Assembly (NCBI GenBank): GCA_001820175.1
Contig: MHOT01000010.1
Location: forward strand, 8,578-72,577
Direction of reading: 5' to 3'
Source of the DNA: Candidatus Staskawiczbacteria bacterium RIFCSPHIGHO2_02_FULL_42_22
GTDB taxonomy: Bacteria > Patescibacteriota > Minisyncoccia > Minisyncoccales > Staskawiczbacteraceae
Length of the DNA: 64,000 nucleotides
Shown: one piece after another, positions 15,860 through 22,223 of the stretch
How the letters are laid out: each line of letters begins with the position of its first letter
Position numbering within the stretch: position 1 is the first letter of the stretch
The notes under the pieces: model-generated
Seen by the model: only the letters and a program-made list of their open reading frames with translations
Told to the model about the DNA's origin: nothing
The model's database searches: none
Position numbers and translations under genes: made by a program

Positions 15860-16606
15860 ATGGAACTTCAAATACCATATGAAGACAATGATATGCTCGC
15901 CATAGAAAAGCCGGCGGGGGTGGTGGTTTTTAATGAAGCCGCCGCGCCCGCTGGCGCGGCGGCTAAAACAGTCATTGATATGCTTTTAGAAGCGCGTCCT
16001 AACCTAAAAAATGTAGGCGAAGCGCCGCGGTATGGGGTCGTGCATCGGCTCGATAAAGACACCTCCGGCATCCTTTTGGTGGCAAAAACGGCCGATGCCT
16101 TGATTTTTTTGCAAAAACAGTTTAAAAATAGAGAGGTAGAAAAGAAATACACCGCCTTGGTAGAGGGTATCATAAAAGAACCATGGGGTACCATTCATAC
16201 CTTGATGGGTAGGGCTAAAGGGGATCCGCGAAAGCAAAAGGCCTACGCATTGGAATTACCAATATCCAATACCCAATTTCCAAAAAATGTGGCGGGAAAA
16301 AGAGAAGCCATTACCGATTATAACGTATTGAAAAAATTTACTGGTTATGCGTTACTGGAAGTTAAGATAAAAACTGGCCGAAAACACCAGATACGCTGCC
16401 ATTTAGCGTATATTCATCATCCGGTAGCCGGAGACACATTGTATGGATTTAAAGATTCACCGGTGCCAAAGGGGTTAGCAAGACAATTTCTGCATGCATC
16501 ATATTTAAAAATTACATTACCAAGCGGAGAAACTAAAGAATTTAAGTCGGAATTACCAGAAGAGTTGCAAACAATAATTAAGAATATGGAATCTGGTATC
16601 TTGTAG
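15860..16606 (+). CDS. RluA-family pseudouridine synthase (no S4 domain)
   Basis: KPAGVVV, catalytic HRLDKDTSG, GRKHQIRCHL. Confidence 0.85.
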   Translation: MELQIPYEDNDMLAIEKPAGVVVFNEAAAPAGAAAKTVIDMLLEARPNLKNVGEAPRYGVVHRLDKDTSGILLVAKTADALIFLQKQFKNREVEKKYTALVEGIIKEPWGTIHTLMGRAKGDPRKQKAYALELPISNTQFPKNVAGKREAITDYNVLKKFTGYALLEVKIKTGRKHQIRCHLAYIHHPVAGDTLYGFKDSPVPKGLARQFLHASYLKITLPSGETKEFKSELPEELQTIIKNMESGIL

Positions 16607-16688
16607 CTGGAATAGAATGCGGAATAAAGAATTCTGAATTCAACATTCGATTCAAGCTACCAGATACAAGATTCAAGATACAAGTTTT

Positions 16689-17117
16689 ATGTCAATAAAA
16701 TTACAAACATTTAATAAGGCACAAGAAAAACAAATGCCGGATATCCGCCCTGGCGATACGGTTCGCGTACACCAAAAAATAAAAGAAGGCGACAAGGAAA
16801 GAATCCAAATTTTTGAAGGCATCGTTATTGCCCGAAAACATGGCAAGGGAATTTCCAGCACCATTACTGTGCGAAAAGTGGTTGACCAAGTTGGCGTGGA
16901 ACGGATTTTCCCAGTACACTCGCCATCGCTTGCCAAAATAGAAGTGACAAAATCCAGCAGCGTGCGCAGGTCAAAACTGTACTACCTCAGAACCGCCAAA
17001 GGCGCTAAAGGAAAATTAAAGAATAAAGAATTAGCCGCGGCTATTGCACCGGAAGAAAAACCGGTTATGGAAACACTTATGGAAGCTCCACAAGAATCAG
17101 CTCCAGAAACAAAATAA
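16689..17117 (+). CDS. rplS: 50S ribosomal protein L19
   Basis: [30 protein letters not shown]...T.TVRK. Confidence 0.9.
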   Translation: MSIKLQTFNKAQEKQMPDIRPGDTVRVHQKIKEGDKERIQIFEGIVIARKHGKGISSTITVRKVVDQVGVERIFPVHSPSLAKIEVTKSSSVRRSKLYYLRTAKGAKGKLKNKELAAAIAPEEKPVMETLMEAPQESAPETK

Positions 17118-17169
17118 ATAGCGGAGTCTGGTATACGCCGACACCTTGAGGTATAATAGAATAATATCT

Positions 17170-17814
17170 ATGAAACCTTTAGGAAAAGTTAAAATTATAT
17201 GGACGCCACAGTTTGCTTATGCGATAGGGTTATTGACTACTGATGGCAGTCTTTCAATTGACGGACGCCATATAAGTTTTACATCTAAAGACAAACAGCA
17301 GGTTGATAATTATAAGCTTTGCTTTGGTCTTGAAAATAAAATTGGAAAAAAGGCGAGAGGAGGAGAAACGGAAAAAAAATACTATGTATTACAGTTCGGA
17401 GATGTGAATTTTTACCGGTTTTTATTAGGCATTGGATTGACGCCAAACAAATCTAAAACACTTGGAAGTTTAAAGGTTCCCGAAAGATATTTCTTTGACT
17501 TTCTAAGAGGACATTTGGATGGGGACGGTTATTTTTATTCCTATTGGGATCCACGCTGGAAGTCGAGCTTCATGTTTTACATAGGTTTTATTTCTGCAAG
17601 TAAAAATCATATTGAATGGCTCAGGGATAATATTGCAAAAAAGTTGGGAATAAAGGGCCATATTACAGCGAGTATTAGTAGTTCAGTTTATCAGTTAAAG
17701 TACGCTAAAACTGAAACGCTAAAATTATTACCCAAATTATACTATAGCGAAAATGTCGTCTGTTTAGATAGGAAACGTAAAAAGATTGAAAAAGCTTTGT
17801 TGATTGTGAGATAA
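17170..17814 (+). CDS. LAGLIDADG homing endonuclease (free-standing)
   Basis: YAIGLLTTDGSL and LRGHLDGDGYF motifs; ATG 17170 preferred because GGTATAAT (-10) lies inside the tracked 5' extension. Confidence 0.8.
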   Translation: MKPLGKVKIIWTPQFAYAIGLLTTDGSLSIDGRHISFTSKDKQQVDNYKLCFGLENKIGKKARGGETEKKYYVLQFGDVNFYRFLLGIGLTPNKSKTLGSLKVPERYFFDFLRGHLDGDGYFYSYWDPRWKSSFMFYIGFISASKNHIEWLRDNIAKKLGIKGHITASISSSVYQLKYAKTETLKLLPKLYYSENVVCLDRKRKKIEKALLIVR

Positions 17815-17825
17815 AAATAAAATGC

Positions 17826-17910
17826 GCGCGGGTGGAGAAATTGGTAAACTCGCCAGCTTGAGGTGTTGGTGCCGCAAGGCATGCAGGTTCGACTCCTGTC
17901 CCGCGCACCA
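17826..17910 (+). tRNA. tRNA-Leu, anticodon GAG (CCA encoded)
   Basis: Acceptor GCGCGGG/CCCGCGC, anticodon stem CCAGC/GTTGG, loop TTGAGGT, long variable arm. Confidence 0.8.
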
Positions 17911-17959
17911 CGAATAGAACTTGGTACAATAAAGACACATGTTCTCCTATAAAATTTAC

Positions 17960-18032
17960 GGACGATTAGCTCAATTGGCAGAGCGACTGATTTACACTCA
18001 GTAGGTTGCAGGTTCGAGTCCTGCATCGTCCA
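17960..18032 (+). tRNA. tRNA-Val, anticodon UAC
   Basis: Acceptor GGACGAT/ATCGTCC, anticodon stem ACTGA/TCAGT, loop TTTACAC, T arm GCAGG-TTCGAGT-CCTGC. Confidence 0.85.
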
Positions 18033-18035
18033 CAA

Positions 18036-18162
18036 ATGCAGGAATCGAACCCAAATCACCCCGTGTAGGAAAATATTAAAAACCGAGGGTTTTTAAAGTC
18101 GGGGGTCGGGGTGATTTGAAAAGGTTCTAGCGAAGCGGAGTCCTGCATCGTCCACCCTTTTA
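18036..18162. repeat. Inverted-repeat element built from tRNA-Val T-arm/acceptor-like ends
   Basis: tgcaggaatcgaacccaaatcaccccg ... cggggtgatttgaaaaggttctagcgaagcggagtcctgcatcgtccac; the right end repeats the last 18 nt of the tRNA. Confidence 0.6.
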
Positions 18163-18215
18163 TTGTTAAACCGCTATGTTATAATATAAGCATAATATAA
18201 CTAACAGGTTTGATT

Positions 18216-18878
18216 ATGAAACTTGAAGAAAAAAATTTAGCAATACATTTACGAAAACTAGGATGGTCAATGAATGAAATCAAAAGTAAAATAGGGGTTT
18301 CCAAAAGTAGTGTTAGTTTGTGGGTAAGAGATATACAGCTCACCGATAATCAAAAAATGAAACTGTCCCAAAAAGGACTAACAAAAGAGTCAATTGAAAA
18401 AAGGAGAACAACCAGACTTGGCAGAGAAAACGCACGAAGACAAATTATTGTTGATGGTGCTAAAAAAGAAATACCTGGTTTATCAGACCAAGAGTTAAAG
18501 CTTGTAGGAATAGCTTTATATTGGGGAGAGGGAGGAAAAGCTAATCGTGGGTCGGTCCAATTATCAAACGGAGACCCCCGGATTATACAGTTGATGATGA
18601 AGTTTTTCAAAAGAGTTTGCAAAGTACCTAAAGAAAAATTTAGAGGACACATCCATATACATCCCCACCTTAACGTAAAAAAATCAGAACATTACTGGTC
18701 GTCCATCTCCGGCATTCCGTTAAACCAATTTTATAAAACCTACTCTAAGCCAAATAAAAGTAGTCAAAGCAAAAAGAATTCATTGCCATTTGGAACATTT
18801 GATATTTACGTACACAACACTGAACTATTTTTGAAAATTAAAGGGTGGATCGAAGCTGTATATGATAATGTTATTTAG
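18216..18878 (+). CDS. HTH + LAGLIDADG-like (GLYWGEGGK) endonuclease-like protein
   Basis: N-terminal HTH (LGWSMNEIKSKIGVSKSSVSLWV), LVGIALYWGEGGK motif; paralog at 52223-52912. Confidence 0.45.
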   Translation: MKLEEKNLAIHLRKLGWSMNEIKSKIGVSKSSVSLWVRDIQLTDNQKMKLSQKGLTKESIEKRRTTRLGRENARRQIIVDGAKKEIPGLSDQELKLVGIALYWGEGGKANRGSVQLSNGDPRIIQLMMKFFKRVCKVPKEKFRGHIHIHPHLNVKKSEHYWSSISGIPLNQFYKTYSKPNKSSQSKKNSLPFGTFDIYVHNTELFLKIKGWIEAVYDNVI

Positions 18879-18884
18879 AAATCC

Positions 18885-18956
18885 GCCGTGGTAGCTCATT
18901 GGTAGAGCAGACGCCTGAAGAGCGCCTGGTAGGGAGTTCGATTCTCCCCCGCGGCA
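18885..18956 (+). tRNA. tRNA-Phe, anticodon GAA
   Basis: Acceptor GCCGTGG/CCGCGGC, loop CTGAAGA, T arm GGGAG-TTCGATT-CTCCC; one A-C mispair in the anticodon stem. Confidence 0.7.
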
Positions 18957-19002
18957 CCCTTATTTTATAAGTGGATAGATTTATAAAAGAATTTTAGATA
19001 AT

Positions 19003-19073
19003 GCGGGTATAGCACAATGGTAGTGCATTTGGTTGCCAATCAAAGTACAGGGGTTCGATTCCCCTTACCCGCT
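19003..19073 (+). tRNA. tRNA-Gly, anticodon GCC
   Basis: Acceptor GCGGGTA/TACCCGC, loop TTGCCAA, T arm AGGGG-TTCGATT-CCCCT. Confidence 0.8.
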
Positions 19074-19174
19074 CAAAATTTTCCGAGAAAATTTTGAGCG
19101 AGGTTCGCCCTTTTTGGGCGACCCGCTCTCAATTAAAAAATTTGAGCACAAATTTTTGACCGAGAATTGTACTA

Positions 19175-19337
19175 TAGACCTACTGCGTAAAGATTTTTCT
19201 ACTGCGCCGCGCATATTTTGGCTGCGAAAAGCCAATCGCTCATCGACAGATTTAAGTTCAATATGCCTCTTCGCGCTTTGCTTTTCTCGCTACAAAATAT
19301 GCGCGGCTCGCTACGAAAACCTTTACGCAGTAGGTCT
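19175..19337. mobile_element. MITE, TAGACCT family (B1)
   Basis: tagacctactgcgtaaag...ctttacgcagtaggtct; reverse-oriented near-identical copy at 38291-38454 (both yield the same 40-aa pseudo-peptide in the ORF track). Confidence 0.85.
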
Positions 19338-19351
19338 TATCTATTTCCTGT

Positions 19352-19609
19352 ATGTTTTATATTTATATTCTCCAAAGTCTCAAAGATAGTAAAACTTACG
19401 TTGGATATACGAATAACCTGGAAAGAAGATTAGTTGAACATAATTCTGGAAAAAATATTACTACGAGAAATCGCACACCATTAGAATTGCTATTTTCTGA
19501 AAATTTTGAAACCTCAAAAGAGGCAAGAGAAAGAGAATTGTATTGGAAAAGCGGAGGCGGAAGAAGAAAGTTAAAAGAGTTTTTTGAAAAAGGTTTTCCA
19601 GTCACTTGA
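19352..19609 (+). CDS. GIY-YIG nuclease domain protein
   Basis: FYIYILQS..DSKTYVGYTNNLERRLVEHN. Confidence 0.8.
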   Translation: MFYIYILQSLKDSKTYVGYTNNLERRLVEHNSGKNITTRNRTPLELLFSENFETSKEARERELYWKSGGGRRKLKEFFEKGFPVT

Positions 19610-19655
19610 GTCGCCTTTTGGGCGATTTTTTAGTGGTTATTCTAAAATTTTACAA

Positions 19656-19862
19656 TAGACCTGTCCCTAAATAAGAATTTACGCTGCAATTTGCAGTTTT
19701 GGCCCGAGACGCAGGCGTAATTGGCCGCGGCCAATTCGCCCCGTCTGGAGCAAACCTGCTAAAATTCATCGGCTTGCCCTCTAGGCAAACCTCTTCATTT
19801 TATCAGATTTTCGCTCAAAACTGCTGCGTTTCGCTTGTTAATTTTATTTAGGGACAGGTCTA
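19656..19862. mobile_element. MITE, TAGACCT family (A2)
   Basis: tagacctgtccctaaataag...cttatttagggacaggtcta. Confidence 0.8.
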
Positions 19863-19983
19863 ATGTAAAACCGCGAGGCGCGACTTTTCGGAACGGACGG
19901 AACGGTTCCCCCCTTACAAAAACAATGGGCCGCGCTTCGCGCGGCCGTCCAACTCGTCGGTCGAAAATCAAAAAGTTTTATAG

Positions 19984-21539
19984 TGGAGTACATTTACAAC
20001 GAGGATCGAACCCATTTTATGGAGAACGAGTGAAGAACGCCGCGCGCCTGCGGGCGCGCGGCACGACGAACGAACGGCAACCGCACGGACAGGCAAAAAT
20101 TTTCTCCCCCAGACCAGAATTTTTGCGTGCTTGCCAAAAAACTTTTTGTGATTTTATGTTTTTTATGATAGTATCAAGGTAAAATTATGCCAGAAAATAT
20201 TGGGGAAAAATTGTCATCCGCGGACGAAAAAGAACCAACTACGAAAGAGTTGGAAATTCCAAAATCAGCTTCCGATGAAGTAAATCCGCGCAAAAAACGC
20301 ACAACCGATCTTGCCCCGCCCGTAGAAATACAGGCGAAATTGGAAAAGGAAGTAGAAGATCTTTCTAAAGAAGAAATAGAGAGGATTATGGAAAAGGTGG
20401 AAGACATTAATTCTATGGGAACAACGAGCCATGCAGTGCGAGAGGGTAGCGGTTATGTCTCAGCCAAATCTCCTGAGAGCAAAAAAAGGAGAAATTTTAA
20501 TATCCTTTCTAATATCCTTAACCATGGCATTATTGGTGGTCCAAGGAACTGGAATGATGCGGATTTTTTGAGTAACGAAAAAAGTATAAAAGCTATTTTT
20601 AAAAACCTATCATATGCTAGACGCGCGGGTCATGGTTGGCCTACTTTCGTTGTCGATATAAATGAATTGCCTTCCGATAGGCCATTTTCTAGAGTTGGGT
20701 GGATAGGAGAAAATGGTATTGCACTTATTGTTGATAAAGAATTTGCAAAAACCAAACGAGATAGGTTGTATAAAAAACGTATCTATAGTAGGGGTGGAAA
20801 GGAAAAGAGCGGTAATACTACAACTTCAACAAGAATTCCCCCGAGGTTTATTAAGGGTATTGTTATTAATCCCGTGGCCAGTGTTAAAGCTATAGAAGAA
20901 GAGTCAAAAATTTTAGAAAAACGAGAAAATATTATCAATGAAATATTGGAATTGCGAAAATTTCTGTATTCACAAGTAGAGAAGCAACTTGGAGATAAAA
21001 CAAAATTTATTGTATCTATCACGGATGAGGTCAAAAAAAGTCATAGTGATGTTATGTTGAAATTAAAGGAGTTAAATTTGCAAATTGCATTAGTTTATAA
21101 GGAAATTGAAAAGATTAACCCTGATCTCTATCATCAATTACATTATCCAAAAATTCTAAATCCGTTCACGCAGCCAGAAAATAAAGATGTACAGTCCTTT
21201 TTTGAGGAAGTTATAAAAACGGAACGACAAAGCAATGTACTGTTACCCATTTATAGTCTGGATGGTGATTTATTGTGGCCAAAAAAGATGAATTATGAAG
21301 AAGTAAAAAAGTTTGTTGAAGAAAGAGAAAAAGTAAAAGAGAAAGGCGAGCAGTAGAATAATTCCATAAAATCACAAAAAGTTTTTTGGCAAGCACGCAA
21401 AAATTCTGGTCTGGGGGAGAAAATTTTTGCCTGTCCGTGCGGTTGCCGTTCGTTCTTCGTGCCGCGCGCCCGCGGGCGCGCGGCGTTCGTCACTCGTTTT
21501 CCATAAAATGAGTTCGATCCTCGTTGTAAATGTACTCCA
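19984..21539. mobile_element. Single-ORF element bounded by 175-bp terminal inverted repeats (19984-20158 and 21365-21539)
   Basis: Arms differ at about 5 internal positions by eye; each arm holds the palindrome gccgcgcgcc(t/c)gcgggcgcgcggc; spurious ORFs 19835-20182(+) and 21293-21493(-) share the peptide ERQPHGQAKIFSPRPEFLRACQKTFCDFM. Confidence 0.8.
20187..21356 (+). CDS. Hypothetical protein carried between the 175-bp inverted repeats
   Basis: 389-aa ORF, acidic/lysine-rich N- and C-termini, no transposase motif I recognise. Confidence 0.55.
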   Translation: MPENIGEKLSSADEKEPTTKELEIPKSASDEVNPRKKRTTDLAPPVEIQAKLEKEVEDLSKEEIERIMEKVEDINSMGTTSHAVREGSGYVSAKSPESKKRRNFNILSNILNHGIIGGPRNWNDADFLSNEKSIKAIFKNLSYARRAGHGWPTFVVDINELPSDRPFSRVGWIGENGIALIVDKEFAKTKRDRLYKKRIYSRGGKEKSGNTTTSTRIPPRFIKGIVINPVASVKAIEEESKILEKRENIINEILELRKFLYSQVEKQLGDKTKFIVSITDEVKKSHSDVMLKLKELNLQIALVYKEIEKINPDLYHQLHYPKILNPFTQPENKDVQSFFEEVIKTERQSNVLLPIYSLDGDLLWPKKMNYEEVKKFVEEREKVKEKGEQ

Positions 21540-21571
21540 GTTTCTTTGTCATTTTACGATGAGGAAAAAAT

Positions 21572-21913
21572 ATGAAAATTCCAGAAAAAGTTCCACAAAA
21601 AGGTTTTTACTATCATTACAAGCACAATCAAAATGGCTTAGTGAATAACTACGCCTACGAGGTGATTGGTGTGGGTTGCCATACCGAAGATGAGTGTCGG
21701 CCAGAAGATGCCAATATGGTTGTTTATCGTCCACTCTACGAAACTTTTGTTTACACTGCAGGGAAATTGTTTGACCTGCGCCCCTTGGAAATGTGGATGG
21801 GTAATGTTTCCAAGGATGGAGCTACCGCTCCTCGATTCACAAAAATTACGGATCTTTCGGTAATTGGAAAACTTGAAGAAATAAAGAAACAAATGTACGG
21901 TTCTCATAATTAG
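21572..21913 (+). CDS. DUF1653-like protein
   Basis: GFYYHYKH......YEVIGVG.HTE.....MVVYRPLY pattern. Confidence 0.55.
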   Translation: MKIPEKVPQKGFYYHYKHNQNGLVNNYAYEVIGVGCHTEDECRPEDANMVVYRPLYETFVYTAGKLFDLRPLEMWMGNVSKDGATAPRFTKITDLSVIGKLEEIKKQMYGSHN

Positions 21914-22214
21914 ACCTGTTGCGTATTAAGGATTTGCTGCAAATTGCATATTGCACCTGCGGGGATGCCCTGCGGGTCAAGGGCTGAAAATTTGCTATAC
22001 CTAGTATAATTTGTCGCTCGTTCGAAAAAGAATAATTGCTATTCTTCTTTTTCTCTCTCGCTTAGCAAATTATAATTTTTCGGTCAAGATGTGGGTAAAT
22101 TTGTAGCAACAAATTTCCCCATCTCCGGGCCTATGGGCAAGCCGAAAAATTCTATCAAATTTGCAGCTCGAAATCTTGAATTTTCGTAACAAACCTTATT
22201 TAGGGACAGGTCTA
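21911..22214. mobile_element. Chimeric/nested MITE, TAGACCT family (A3)
   Basis: Left TIR of the gttgcgtattaag type, right TIR of the ccctaaataag type; carries an extra about 80-nt module that recurs inverted at about 44360-44440. Confidence 0.75.
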
Positions 22215-22223
22215 ATACTGTTT

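Noticed and set aside
19033-19433. ORFs 19033-19389 and 19218-19433, and the matching 38226-38411
   Set aside because: They read through tRNA-Gly and MITE sequence. The identical 40-aa peptide at two loci simply reflects two MITE copies.
19835-20182. ORF 19835-20182 (+) and ORF 21293-21493 (-)
   Set aside because: Both lie in MITE sequence and in the 175-bp inverted repeats. Their shared peptide is a by-product of the repeat.
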